Shown piece by piece: positions 12,401-23,615 of a stretch of 64,000 nucleotides of DNA. The notes beneath the pieces were generated by a model, which did not search any database, was not told the DNA's origin, and saw only the letters and a program-made list of their open reading frames with translations. The stretch is from Rebecca billardiae RCC1528 (lineage: Eukaryota; Protista; Haptophyta): assembly GCA_965240325.2 (NCBI GenBank), contig OZ251229.1:1798001-1862000 (forward strand), in the 5' to 3' direction. The position numbers and the translations under genes are program-made. Numbering within the stretch: position 1 is the first letter of the stretch; every line of letters begins with the position of its first letter.

Positions 12401-15047
12401 CGCGTGTGCGCTCGTCGCCCTCTGCGCCTCCGTGGCCGCCACCCACCTCGTCGCCTGCGCCCGGCTGCCGCCTCGGCTCGCGCCCGGCGGCGGCCAAGGC
12501 GGGTGCGGCCGCCGTGGGTGCGCAGGCGGCAGCGAGGGCGAGGGCGAGGGCGAGGGCGAGGGCGGCGCTGCAGGGGCGCGCGTGCCGCCGACGCCGCCGC
12601 CCACCACCGCCGCCGGCGGCGGCGGCGGCGGCAAGGCAGCCAGCTTGGACGCAGGCGCCTGCGCCGCCGCGCCGCCCAGCACGCGCACGTGCACGGCGGA
12701 GCGCAGCGCCCTCGCGCGCGCCGCGTGCGCGGCCGAGCCCCTGCGGTCGGCCGCGCCCGATGCCGGCCCCAAGCTGCTGCCCCAGATCTCGGGGTGCGCT
12801 CTACTCTCGTTCACCGCCGTGCGCGCCGCGGTGGCGCAGGCGCACACCACCGAGCTGCAGCGCGGAGGCGGCTGGCCCAACACGGCGACCGGCTGCGCCG
12901 GCGTGGCGTCGGTTGTACTACTGCTGCACTCGCAGCGGCAGGCACGCGGCGGCGCGCGGCGGCGTGCCGAGCGCGCGCCGACGCGAGCGCCGGGCGGCGC
13001 CGCCCTCTCCGCCCGCCTCGGCGCGCGCTGCGCAGCGCTCCTGCGCGCCGTGCGCGCGGCGGGCTCGGCGGAGGCGCGCGCGCGCGCGCGCGCGCTCGGC
13101 GGCGCGCTCGCGCGCGCGGCGCGCCCGCTGCTCTGCGCGGCGCTCGCGGCGTGGTGCGCGCGCGCGTGGCACGCCGCGTCGCCGCGCGCGCCCGCGCCCG
13201 CGTCCGCTCACGGCTGGGCAATGCCCGCGGCCGCCGCGGGCGCGGCCGCCGCCGCCGGCGGCGCGCTCGCGCTCGCGCCGTGCGCGTGGGCGGCGGCGTT
13301 GGCGGCGGGCGCGGCCGCGCTCTCCGCCGCAGCCGTCGGCACGCGCTTGGCACCGGGCGCGCCGAGGGCGGCGGCGCCGCGCGCCGCGCCGAGCGCGCGC
13401 GCGCTGCGCGAGAGTGCCGATGCTTCGCTGCGCGCCGCGGCGGCGCTTGCGCGCGCGGCGGTGCGCTCGGCGCGCGCGGCCGCGGCCGCGGCCGAGGCGG
13501 CGGCGGCGGGCGCGCGGCCGGCCGCGCCGGCGGCGGCGTCGACGTGGCACGCGGCGCGCGGTGAGCCCGCGCCGTCGCCGCTCGAGCGCCTCTCCGCCGC
13601 CGAGCTTGCAGACACCCTCGGAGCCGCGCTCGGCGCGCCTCAGCTGCTTGCGCTGCGCGCGTGCTCGCGCGCGCTCGCCGCGCGCCTCGGGCCAACCTTT
13701 TGGCGCGGGCGGCTTGCGGCGCGGCACGGCGCGGCACTTGGCCTCGCGTGGCGGGCGCGGCCGGTGCGCCCGGTGCTCTCGTCGCGCGGCGGGCCGCACG
13801 AGCGCGCCGCGCCGAGCGCGCGCGCCGCTGCCGCTGCCGCCGCCGCCGCGCGAGTGCTGAGCCGCTGGGCGCGCGGCGCGGCCGGCGGCGCGGCCGGCGG
13901 CGCGGCCGGCGGCGAGGGCGGCGGCGCGGCCGGCGGCGAGGGCGGCGGCGCTGGCTGGATGCGCGCGTGCGCGCTCGCGGACGCGGGCGTGCAGCTCCGC
14001 TACTGCTGGGAATGCGGCGAGATCGGCGTCGACCACGGCGAGCGCGGTGCGGGCGGCAGCGCGCGCGCGCGAGCGCGCCGCGCGCCCGCCGCCACCGGCC
14101 GCGAGCCGGCCGCGCCGGCGGGCGGCGGCGGCGCCGCCGTCATGGCCTTTGCCTCCGTGCGATCGGCGTGGGTGGTGCTCGGGGCATGCTCCGAGCACAG
14201 GCGCGCTGCCGGCGCGGCGTGCGCGGCCGGCGCGTGCGAGCCACGCGGCGCCGCCGGCGCCGGCGCGGCCCAAGCCGTCACCGCCCACCGCTCGTGCCTG
14301 GAGCGCAGCGCCGCGCGGCGCGGCGCCGGCCGGTTCGCATGCCCGCGCTGCGCCGCGCCGCTGGGCGCGACGACGCGGCCTGTGCGCGGCGCGGTTGAGC
14401 TGCTTGGGGTGGCGGCGCGCTCGGCCGCGCTGCGCTGGCAGGCGGCGCGCACGCTCGCGCTCGCGCTCGCCGCGCGCGCCGCGCTCGCCGCGACGGAGTG
14501 CGCGTGCGCCCTCGCGCAGCGCGGCGCGCGCGGCGGCGCGCCCGGCGGTGGCGGCGGTGCGATTCTCTCGTGCGTTGCGCGGTGCGGCGCGCACGCGCTG
14601 CACCGCGTCGCGCCGCCGCGGCCGCGCGACGTGCCGCTGCTCGCGTTCGCGCTGCTGCTCGTCAGCCTGCTGCGCACCCTGAGCAGCCGCGCGGGCTGGC
14701 GCGCGCTCTCGCGAGCGCGCACCGCGCCGGAGCAGCTCGCGCATGTGCTGCGCGCCGCGGCGCTGTGCGTGTCGGCTGTGGGCGTCCTGTGGTCACACAC
14801 GACGCTGCCGCTGCGCGCGCTGCACCCGCTCTTCGCGATGCAGCTGCCCGCGCCGATGGGCCGCGCGCTCGCCGCGGCGAACACGGCGGGCTTCGCGCTC
14901 GGCGCGGCGGCGGCGCTGCTGCGCGCGTGGTGCGCGCTCGTGCGCGTGCCCACGGCGCGCGCCGCGCCGAGCGCGCGCTGCGGCTGCTGCCCCGGCGGCC
15001 GCGGCGCGCCGTCGCCGCCGTCCCCGCCGACGCCGGCCGCCGCGTGA
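9459..15047 (+). CDS. Large polytopic membrane protein with five Y-x-x-W/F-QPF-x-GG-x2-F-x3-Q-x2-GW units, an F-box-like segment and a RINGv-like Cys/His domain followed by TM helices
   Basis: 1862-aa ORF. Motif copies near 9810, 10290, 10785, 11370 and 11936. LERLSAAEL...LLALRACSRAL...FWR near 13580-13720. CWEC...AHRSC...CPRC near 14003-14350. Unrecognised in-frame introns are possible. Confidence 0.75.
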   Translation: MEADDRRRAHGPSPRPALVPPPAPPPDRTRRGAAARAAPTPPPPPLLFLSEGHQIRLGAGLLSVVWFAFFVVAERRWARAAEGQRAEVAFLVAAASLGLAWTGPLTILAGTRLYPRAYAPWQPFCGGFVFEILQAFGWLLYSTSLMVCMLSLANLNSAHWRRAHVDGGFVALGALGFAGGALLNLSLDHFDARHSARAAAAARAAPPAARRAHHFELSSSPTSLVSALLALTGFGLFLCCELCRETLPPAALPISALPFALAAALTQCVNGPAHLPAYRPFQPFVGGSSFVLLQAFGWLLLGGVAQVVVLLPAGRISEVEGVVPACGVTGLASQLVLLASLKYYEPPARAPPAGAARAGGAGGAGAARAGLGGRVLACAEVVLSLCFWGWAACAFVLGCALERWPRASPLDAAALPPLALLLLAIAPPCAHLAGVRLHGGAGYRAWQPFCGGTMFCVAQGFGWMLYGFFGVLLLMRARGARRAPPGAPDGGVGGGAPAGGGGSPADSIAFAIGSLAYGLLVLSLEQWDPKCAAGPGARARAAPPARGARARARGGAWTGEMCASATMAGAAMALCVALDALRGADLLRAVTPRLGAARAEEAEEPGAMAAMLLASATALFGIAAAVAHVGAACRVRGYALWMPFGGGDAFVARQALGWTVCAMAQALLWVLVLTRIETLPCGGMISAAGALAGCAQALLLASLGHFESGDGDGGARRASAAERAAAAAAARADEQQHAAAALGGARGGALAPPRGARCLAPRSPRAVQLVNSCLVLVSTGCVLAADALRGPQPQVAQVALATGAILGCHTLACSHACLGPTLHSGSYRLVQPLAGGRYFVALQAAGWACCGVALVGALTALYARVGSVPMDGVVSTIGVLLLIAQLLVGLSVHVFRPPQPPPPPRPQPPQPRPQPQPQPQPQPWRAARPGRAPPLHATSAQLVALAMAASSLGLFTAADLAPRAQLGADGALRGVPTEPIIACALVALCASVAATHLVACARLPPRLAPGGGQGGCGRRGCAGGSEGEGEGEGEGGAAGARVPPTPPPTTAAGGGGGGKAASLDAGACAAAPPSTRTCTAERSALARAACAAEPLRSAAPDAGPKLLPQISGCALLSFTAVRAAVAQAHTTELQRGGGWPNTATGCAGVASVVLLLHSQRQARGGARRRAERAPTRAPGGAALSARLGARCAALLRAVRAAGSAEARARARALGGALARAARPLLCAALAAWCARAWHAASPRAPAPASAHGWAMPAAAAGAAAAAGGALALAPCAWAAALAAGAAALSAAAVGTRLAPGAPRAAAPRAAPSARALRESADASLRAAAALARAAVRSARAAAAAAEAAAAGARPAAPAAASTWHAARGEPAPSPLERLSAAELADTLGAALGAPQLLALRACSRALAARLGPTFWRGRLAARHGAALGLAWRARPVRPVLSSRGGPHERAAPSARAAAAAAAAARVLSRWARGAAGGAAGGAAGGEGGGAAGGEGGGAGWMRACALADAGVQLRYCWECGEIGVDHGERGAGGSARARARRAPAATGREPAAPAGGGGAAVMAFASVRSAWVVLGACSEHRRAAGAACAAGACEPRGAAGAGAAQAVTAHRSCLERSAARRGAGRFACPRCAAPLGATTRPVRGAVELLGVAARSAALRWQAARTLALALAARAALAATECACALAQRGARGGAPGGGGGAILSCVARCGAHALHRVAPPRPRDVPLLAFALLLVSLLRTLSSRAGWRALSRARTAPEQLAHVLRAAALCVSAVGVLWSHTTLPLRALHPLFAMQLPAPMGRALAAANTAGFALGAAAALLRAWCALVRVPTARAAPSARCGCCPGGRGAPSPPSPPTPAAA

Positions 15048-15493
15048 TTGCTGCCAGTTGTGACGAGCGGGGGGCGTGGCGAGGGCCGCGCCGAGCGGCC
15101 GGCCCCGCGCCCTCCGACACCCCGCGAGCCTCAGCCCAGGCTGGCTGCAACGGCGCAACGCCGGCAGCGAGCGCGCGCAGCCTGCGGCACGGCCCTCGAG
15201 TGCAGCACGCGGGCTGCGCGTCGGCGGCACGGCTCGGTCCGCCGGGCGGCAGCCTGCGCGCAGTGTCCGTGTGGTCAGGCGGCACCATTGATCCACTGGC
15301 GGCAATCATTGGGCAAGGAAGGCCCTATATTCTCGCGTGCCAACGGTTGTTGTGAGGGATGTGACGCGCGGCTAGACTAAGGTACATACGCCGTGTAGCT
15401 AGCATTCGTCATGAACTTGTAGTAGTAGTAGTACTTATCGCGCGCGCGCTCGTTTTTCGTCTCCCCGCTTTCACTTCAGACCTTTGGTCGCGT

Positions 15494-18400
15494 TCCCCCC
15501 CCCAAGACGGGCCCGGCCCGTGATGTGCGCAGCGGAGGCGCGCGGTCGAAGTCGCGCTTTCGCCGCGTCTGAAAAAGCGCCGTGGTACCTTTGCGCGCGC
15601 TGCGCGCCACTGGGCGCACGGTGGCGGCTGCGCGCCGCCGCGCGGGCCGCATCATCGCGGCCACTGGCGCCACCGCGAGGCCGCGCGCTCGGGCTGGGCG
15701 GGCTGCCAGCCGCGCGTAGGAGCCCGCCGCGCGCGCTCGGCCCGGCTCGCGGCCTACTCGCCGCCCGTGCGCTCGGCACGCGGCCGGCGCGACCCGGGCG
15801 GCGCGGCGCGCGAGGTTCGCGCGCCCGCTCGCCGGGCGCGTGAGCGAGTCGGGCGCGTTCGGTCGGCGGCGCCTGAGGGAGCGTGTCCCTCACGAGCTGT
15901 AGCGAGCCGGGCTCCCTCGCCTCGACGCCCGAGGCGGTGCGCCGCGCGCGTTCTGTGCCGGTCTGCGGCGGCGCAGTGGCTGCGCTCGCGCACGGACGGC
16001 CGCTGGGCTTGGATGGGCGCTCTCGAGCGCGTTTGGCGGCGGATCCCGCGCGGAGCGCTGGGGCAGGCACGGCGATCCGCCCTGTCCGCGCCCAGCCCGC
16101 CTCGTGACGGAGGCCTTGCCCATCGACCGCTCGCGCGCCTCACCGCCGGCGCTAGACCGGAGTCGGGCGTGGGCCGCACGCGCCGCGCGGGCCGCGCGCG
16201 CGCCCGGTCGGCCCACGAAGGCGATGCGATGTGCTCTTCACTGCGCCTGACTCTCGCATGCGCTGACTGGCCGCACGCCTTCTTGGCCGTCGCCTTTGGC
16301 GCGCCTGGCTCCAGCATGCGCGCGTGTGTCGCTGTGCACGAAGTGGGCACAAGTCAGAAGTGTAGCAATCGTGAGCGGCGCTTAGCCTGCGGGCTACGTA
16401 TGCAGCTTGCCCCGTGCCTGATATATCGCTGGGCACGCGAGAGGCTATGCCACACATATCCAGATATGCGCCAGTAGATAGCACGTGGCTACGTCCAACA
16501 CGTCTAGGCGGAAGGTCGGGTGAGTCTAACAACTGAGGCGGCGACCCGAATACCTAAGTCCTAACAACATCGACGGCCAGGCCCGTCGTGGTGTCACGTC
16601 AGCTGAGACTCTCTGGCTGACAGGTCAGAGCCGCCATCACCGATGCCGTGCCCGCGCCGATGCGGCTAGGCACACGACCGAGCGAGCATGCGCCATCACG
16701 GTATGCCCGAGGCAGGCCCGAGGCAGCCCACCATGCTGGCCGACATCATCTCGGGCTCGGCATCCAGGACGGCAGTTGCTGGCCGAGCAGGCTAACGCGC
16801 CGGCCCATAGTGTGCTCGCAAGTTTGCTCGGCCCATAAGGCGCTTCCTCCCGAGGTCGAGATCGTGGTGGGCCACCAGCTGTGCGCGCCGGCCAACCTTG
16901 CCTCAAACGCCAAGCGCAAGCAGCTCGCCATCTGCTGCCGCGGCAGAGGCGAGCTGAGTGCGCCAGCCAGCCTGTGTCACCGCCTGACAGACCAAGGCAT
17001 CATTGGTGACTGCTCGTGTAGCCGTGCCATCCAGAGTGCAATTCAGTGGGGCGAGCTGCTGCTGGTCAGGCGACAGAGGCTGTGCCCCGTGTCACACGCG
17101 GACGTCGCAGTGCGAGAGAGCACGCCGAGGCGGCGCTGCAGGTAGCGAGAGCGGTTGAGAATCATGCCCGACTGACACTGCTGCCCGCATTGTCAGCATT
17201 GCTTGCTGGAAGGGCTGGCTGCAGGTGCCACCCAGCCCGCCGGCCAGCCAACCGTCGTCGCCACCACCATCGCAACTGGCATACCCGCCGCCACCACTGC
17301 CAACATCTCCGCCGCTACGCCCGCCGCGTAGAACGCTGCCGTCGCCGCCGCCAGGCCTGCCACCGAGCTCGCAGCCAAGCCCGCAGCCATCACCGCCACA
17401 GTTGCCCCCTCCTCCCAGTCCGCCGCCGAGCCCACCGCGGATCCCACCACCATCGCTACCACCATCACCGCCAGCGTCGTCACCACCTAGTCCACAGCCG
17501 TCATCACCGTCATCATCACCGCCCAGTCCGCCGCCGATCCCAGAGCGTCGTCGCCGCCATCGTCTCTGCCGCCATCGCCGCTGCCCAGCCAGTCCAGTCT
17601 CGCGCGGTCATCGCACAGTATTCAAGCTCAACGGTCGACACTACATCAGCAGGCCGGGTGGTGGTCCCAGGTGCGCATGGCAACGGGTGTCAAGCAGCGT
17701 CGTCCGCTCAACAGGTGTACGTTCCCTACATCCGTGCTGCTGCTCGGGCTCTGGCGAGTCTGGCAGAGCTGTCGGCACTGCACACGCGCGGGCTCGCGCA
17801 CACTGCAGCGTCTATGTGCAGCACTGCTGAGTGAACAGCGCGCACACAGCCATGGGCACGGCATGCCTAGCACGGCCGTGAGACGGGCGTGCGCGGCTGC
17901 GCTCGGGCGGCCCAGGCTGCATCAACTGCGCATGTCGCTCGCCAACACTCTAGCTGGGCCTGCTAGCTCAGCTTGTGCGCATGCGCAGCCGGTGCTCAGT
18001 CGGCTCGGCACAGTCACTGCTATGGGCGATAGCAGCGCTTTGTGCCCTGCTGTGCCAAGGTCTGCGCAGCTGTGGGCTCATTGGGCGCGGACAGCAGCAT
18101 GCGCCGCGCGCCGCATGTCTGTGAACGCTGCCAGCTAGCGCACTCAAAGGGCAGCAGCCAGTGGTCATGACTGCAGCAGGAGGGCACTCCTCCAGCACCG
18201 CAGGCATGAAGACGCATGAGCGCTGAGCATGGCGAGAAACGAGTGCGACCGGCTAAGCAGAGATGCCAGCTGAAAGGTAGGCTGCTGCAACTGCATTGCC
18301 CTCGCGTGCCGCCAGATGCCGCGCCACCTTCGTGGGCTGACCGGGCGCGCGCGCGGCCCGCGCGGCGCGTGCGGCCCACGCCCGACTCCGGTCTAGCGCC

Positions 18401-19055
18401 GGCGGTGAGGCGCGCGAGCGGTCGATGGGCAAGGCCTCCGTTACGAGGCGGGCTGGGCGCGAACAGGGCGGATCGCCGTGCCTGCCCCAGCGCTCCGCGC
18501 GGGATCCGCCGCCAAACGCGCTCGAGAGCGCCCATCCAAGCCCAGCGGCCGTCCGTGCGCGAGCGCAGCCACTGCGCCGCCGCAGACCGGCACAGAACGC
18601 GCGCGGCGCACCGCCTCGGGCGTCGAGGCGAGGGAGCCCGGCTCGCTACAGCTCGTGAGGGACACGCTCCCTCAGGCGCCGCCGACCGAACGCGCCCGAC
18701 TCGCTCACGCGCCCGGCGAGCGGGCGCGCGAACCTCGCGCGCCGCGCCGCCCGGGTCGCGCCGGCCGCGTGCCGAGCGCACGGGCGGCGAGTAGGCCGCG
18801 AGCCGGGCCGAGCGCGCGCGGCGGGCTCCTACGCGCGGCTGGCAGCCCGCCCAGCCCGAGCGCGCGGCCTCGCGGTGGCGCCAGTGGCCGCGATGATGCG
18901 GCCCGCGCGGCGGCGCGCAGCCGCCACCGTGCGCCCAGTGGCGCGCAGCGCGCGCAAAGGCACCACGGCGCTTTTTCAGACGCGGCGAAAGCGCGACTTC
19001 GACCGCGCGCCTCCGCTGCGCACATCACGGGCCGGGGCCCGTCTTGGGGGGGGGA
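15494..19055. mobile_element. Foldback-type element with ~730-bp inverted arms (15494-16221 / 18327-19055) and a ~2.1-kb decayed cargo
   Basis: The arms are near-perfect reverse complements (mirror ORFs appear in the track). Termini are C9-AAGACGGG...CCCGTCTT-G9. No transposase and no clear TSD seen. Confidence 0.85.
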
Positions 19056-19125
19056 GCGTCGTCCCGGGCGCTGGCTCCGCACAGGCGTTTCGACTTTCGC
19101 GCGGCGGCGGCGGACGGCTTCCAGC

Positions 19126-19848
19126 ATGGCGGATGATGTGCCGCCGGCACGCGGCGACGCCGCCGGAGACGCGGCGGCGGCGCCCGACGACGAGATGGTG
19201 CTGCACGCGCGCGCGGGCACGCTCGACTTTGTGCGCGAGGTGGCAGGCTGGCTGCAGCAGCTCACGCGCCGGCCCGTGCGCCTCGACTCGTACTCGTTCG
19301 CGCCGACCGGCCGCACGGCCGCCGACGCGCGGTGCGACGCGCTCCTCCGCTGCACGCCGTTCGTGCGCGAGGAGGCGTACGCGCACACGTTCCACGCGCT
19401 GGCGGAGTACATCACGGCGATGCTGCGCGAACCGCAGCCCGAGGTCGCGCTGCGCGAGCTGCACTGGACGCAGGAGCTCGGCTGGGAGCCGGTCGAGCGA
19501 CAGCTCGCGTGGCTCGCCGCGAGGCGCGCCAACGAGACCGACGGCGGCGGCGCCGACCTCGCGGCCGAGGCGAAGGGCGGCGGCGGCAGCGGCGCGGGGT
19601 TTCAGGTGCTCTGCGGCGACCGTGTCATCGTCGATGCCGGCGGCGGTGGCGGCGGCGGCTTTGGCATGCCGTCCTCGTCCTCCCAGCAGCGCAGGCCTCC
19701 TGGCTTCCGGCTCGGCGGCGCGCCGCCGCGGAGCCGCGCGCCGCTTCGCTCGGACGGGGAGCTGCCCGGGTCGCGCGCCGACCGGCGTCGGCGGCGACGC
19801 CTGGAGGCGCAGCGCAGGAGGCTCGGCGGAGGCGGCGGCGGAGGCGGA

Positions 19849-19889
<41 letters not shown>

Positions 19890-21336
19890 AGGCGGAGGCG
19901 GCGGCGGCGGCGGCGGCGGAGGCGGCGGCGGCGGCGGGGGCGGAGGAGGCGGTGGCGGCGGCGGTGGCGGTGGCGGCGGTGGCGGTGGCGGCGGAGGCGG
20001 CGGCGGTGGAGGCGGCGGTGGCGGCGGAGGTGGCGGAGGCGGTGGTGGCGGCGGCGGAGGCGGCGGCGGCGGTGACGACGACGACGACGACGACAACGCC
20101 GATGCCGCTGCTGGCAGTGCCAGCGCTCCTGAGGGCGACACCGCAGGCACTCCAGCATCGCGCGGCGGCAGCAGCAGCGCGACCGGTGGCGCGGACGGCG
20201 AGCGGCCGCATCCCGGCGGCGCGGTCAACAGCTCCTCCGTCGCGCCGCCCGCCTCTGCGGACCCCGCCCCCCCCGCCGCGCCGCGCGCCGACGCGCGCGC
20301 CGAGCCGGAGGGCGAGCGCACCGCCGCCGGCGCTGCAGCGGCCGGCGGCGCACCGCCGCAGCCTCGGGAGGCGGAGGGCGCGGGCGGCGCGGGCGCAGGT
20401 GTGCAGCTCTACCTGCGGCTGCCGAGCGGCGACCCGTGCTTCGTCGACGTGGGCGGCGGCTCCGGCTGCGCGCACGCCGCCGGCGCGAGCGCGGACGAGT
20501 GCCGCACACACCTGGACACGCCGGTCGCGGAGGAGGGCGCGGCGCGGCGCCGTCCCCGGGCCGAGCGCGGCGGCGCGCCCGCCGGCTGCGACGGCGCTCG
20601 CTTGAACCGCACGCTGCAGCTGTGCGCGCGCACGCCCGGTCAGGAGCTGCGCGTGCTCGGCGGCGGCGGCGCGGAGGCAAGCGTCTCTCGCTGCTGCGTG
20701 GGCAAGGACTCGATCGCGTTCACCTTCAAGTTCGGACTGGCCGTCGGCGCCGCGCCCGCGGGGCGGCGGGAGGCGGCCGCGCCTACGCGCGCCAAGGGCA
20801 GCGGTGCACCGGACGCGCCGGCGCGCGAGGCGAGCGGCGCGGCGGCGCGGCGGGCGGGTGCGGGCGAGCAGGCCGCGCCGTGGACGCCGCCCGTGCTGCT
20901 GGCGATGAGCGCGGACGCGCACGGCACGGGCGCCTCGACGCGCGTGCCGATGCCCGCGGCGTCCGCCGCCGCTCCCGCGCTCCCATGGCTGCTGCTTGCC
21001 GCCGCGGCCGCGCTGCTTGCACGGCGCGCTCTCGGCAGTGCGCGGCGCGCGCGCACAGGCCGCGCGCCGACCGAGGCGGCGAACGCGGCCGATGCGCTAG
21101 CGCTGGTGCCGGAAGACGGCGTCGCTTCGGCCGTCGTGGGCTGCTGCGCCGCAGCACCCGCCTCCCAGCCCGGCTGCGCACCGCCCGGCGCGCCGACGCT
21201 CGCGCGGTGGCTTTGGGCGGACGCTGCAGCTGCGCGCCCAGCCCGTCTGTGCGCGCCCCGCGCGTCATCCGCGGAGGCGGCTGTCTCCGGCCGCGCGGAC
21301 GGGCTGCGCTCGCCCCTGCTGGCGCAAATCGTCTAG
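19126..21336 (+). CDS. Hypothetical protein (~736 aa) with an ~83-residue poly-Gly tract and a C-terminal hydrophobic helix
   Basis: cagcATGG start. A globular-looking N-terminus (TLDFVREVAGWLQQL...HTFHALAEYI) with strong codon bias. The upstream part of track ORF 18478 lies in the foldback arm. Confidence 0.7.
19825..20073 (+). repeat. (GGN)n coding trinucleotide repeat, followed by (GAC)7
   Basis: Uninterrupted GGC/GGA/GGT/GGG codons. Confidence 0.95.
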
Positions 21337-21759
21337 CAGGGCTCACCACGCGCAGCCAGCGACACGGGAACACTCAATTGGTGTCAGACTGCACTAGTAC
21401 TCGCTAGTGAGCCCTAGTCGCTGGCGCTGATTCCGACGGGCCGTGGCTTACTAACTGATGAGTTACTGACTAGCGACCGTGGCGCAGTGAGTTGGCGATC
21501 GAGACTCGAATTCGAGAGTGACTCTCTTTTATTCCTTTGGACTAGGCCTAGCTCAGTCTCAGTGACTCACCGCGGACCGCCGCGGTGCTTACAAATGATC
21601 GCGTTCCGCGGTCCTTCCGTAGAACCAACGCAGTTAGGGGCCCGCGGTGCACCCTCCGTCGGCTGCTCGGCTGCTCAATGTCGTAGCTGCTCAATGTCGT
21701 ATGAAGATTTATAATGGGCCAGGCCCAGTGGCAGTGGCAGTCTGCGAGACGCGTCGCAA

Positions 21760-22382
21760 GTTGGCAGTCCAGCTTGCCCGCCGCGTGCGCCGCGGCCGCG
21801 ATCTCGTCGCCGTCCATGTCCTCGAACAGCTTGGCGGCGTTGGCGATGCGTCGGGACTTGGCGCGCTCGTCCGATTTGTTCATCGCACCCGCCGCCGCGG
21901 CGCCGCCATCGTCCCGCTGCTTGCGCTTGCCGAGGCGGTTGGAGTTGCCGCGCATCGACCGCGAGCGCGCCGCGCATCGACCGCCAGCTGGCCCCTCGTG
22001 CACCAGCTTGGCCAGGCGCGGCGAGCGACCACCTCCAGCGGCCAGGCGGAGTTGACCGCCTTGGCGACAGGGTCCACGCGCCACGTACCGTCTTGGTGCG
22101 CGAGTCCCACGCGCCCGGAAGCGACGCCTGCGTGGTCTGCGCGTCGGGCAGGTCGAGAAGATGCGCCTCACCATGATCAGGCTCAGCGCCTCGATCACCA
22201 CCTGCTTCGCCGTGTCGATCATCTTGGCACGCCTTGCTCGCACACGGTCGCGTAGTGTCTTGCGCACGCAACTTGCCCACCACCTTGGTTAGCACGTGGC
22301 AGCGGCGGTCCTGGATGCGCTGATGCACCTGGCCCGAGAGCAGCGGGTTGTTGCAGCTCGGGCAGAACGCCCGCACCGCCAT
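21760..22382 (-). pseudogene. Frameshifted gene remnant, probably transposon-derived
   Basis: Coding-like pieces lie in different frames: MAVRAFCPSCNNPLLSG...VLTKVVGKL, then RKTLRDRVRARRAKMIDTAKQVV, then SRRIANAAKLFEDMDG. Confidence 0.45.
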
Positions 22383-22849
22383 CTGCGGCGCCAGCACCTG
22401 CTCCTTCGCGTCGCGCAGTGTCGCAGTCGTCACGCCGCGGCCTGCGGTCCGCCGGTCCGCGCGTGCACGCGGTAGAGTTTCGCCCGGTGTCTGTTTCAGA
22501 ACGGCCCGACGATGTCGTGCGTCCCCAAGCGCATCAACGCGTTCCGCATGCCGAGCCGGTTCGCGTGCGCGTCCAGGAATCAGGATTTCTGATCTGTCTT
22601 GCGCGCCCGCGCCGCGTCGCCGGCGTTTGACTCGCGGGGTCGAGAGGTCCACTGGTCATCGACTCATCGCGGGAGCGATCGCCGGACCGCCCAGTCCGGA
22701 GTGGATCACTGTTGTCTGGTGCTGGGCGGAGTCCGGCCCCGGGCATTACCACAATGGCGCAGATTCGTTTACTGACAATGTGACGGCCGTCCAACGACAT
22801 ACGCGAAATGACCCGGGCGCGGCCTTTAAAGCTTGGGATGGACAGCATT

Positions 22850-22952
22850 GTACCGTACCCCTCAAAAAATCGAAAACTCACCCTCCAACAACCCTAAAAA
22901 TCGTCCCCCGTCCCCTTTTCTTTGATCAAAAGATCTTTTTGACAACGTAGTG
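22850..22952 (-). mobile_element. Solo CACTA-like terminus
   Basis: The minus strand reads CACTACGTTGTCAAAAAGATC from 22952 with an A/T-run-rich subterminal region. No partner end found in the window. Confidence 0.35.
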
Positions 22953-23572
22953 AGGGCCCCCGGTGGGGCTCCACGCTACGCGCTCCGCCCTGCACCGCGG
23001 GCCATAATATATATATGTGTCCTCCTGCATGAAGAGCGACGCGACGCCATTGAGTATGGACGAACATCACCCACAGTCTGCGTGATGTGCATGCGAGGGC
23101 AGGTATTGCAGCATATATGCGAGCATGCAGCAAATGCCGATACACACCATGCCGAAATGGTGATGTATAAATATATACTTGCGCGTGGTGGGGATTTGTC
23201 CCTGGCTGAACGGGAAGAGCGACTGAGCCGACGGTGCCAAAGCTGCGCGCAGACTGCGCCAGCGTGTGGCAGCAAGGTCCCGTTTGTGAGCAGGAGAAGT
23301 TGCCACGCCGACTTAAGATGACCTTGTATATGATCTCGAGCGCCGGATAGTGGAGAGGAGCGGGTACTTACAGAGGAGCCAGTGTGGTTGGCCGATATGA
23401 AAGGACCAGCGCCCGCCATGATGATGATAAAGGATAGCTCCGTGGCCGATGAGCTCCGGAAATCGACTGCAACTACCTGCAGGACCTAGAAGACGATGGC
23501 GGCCCTTGTCCACCAGCTGCGCGTTGCCTTTCCAGCCTCCCGACACACTCGGTTATAACTCCGTTATAACGC

Positions 23573-23575
<3 letters not shown>

Positions 23576-23614
<39 letters not shown>
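23576..23614. repeat. (TA)n microsatellite
   Basis: Direct observation. Confidence 0.97.

Positions 23615-23615
<1 letters not shown>

Noticed and set aside
18478-19125. N-terminal 216 aa of the 952-aa ORF
   Set aside because: It lies in the foldback arm and is mirrored at 15471-16070; the better start is the ATG at 19126.
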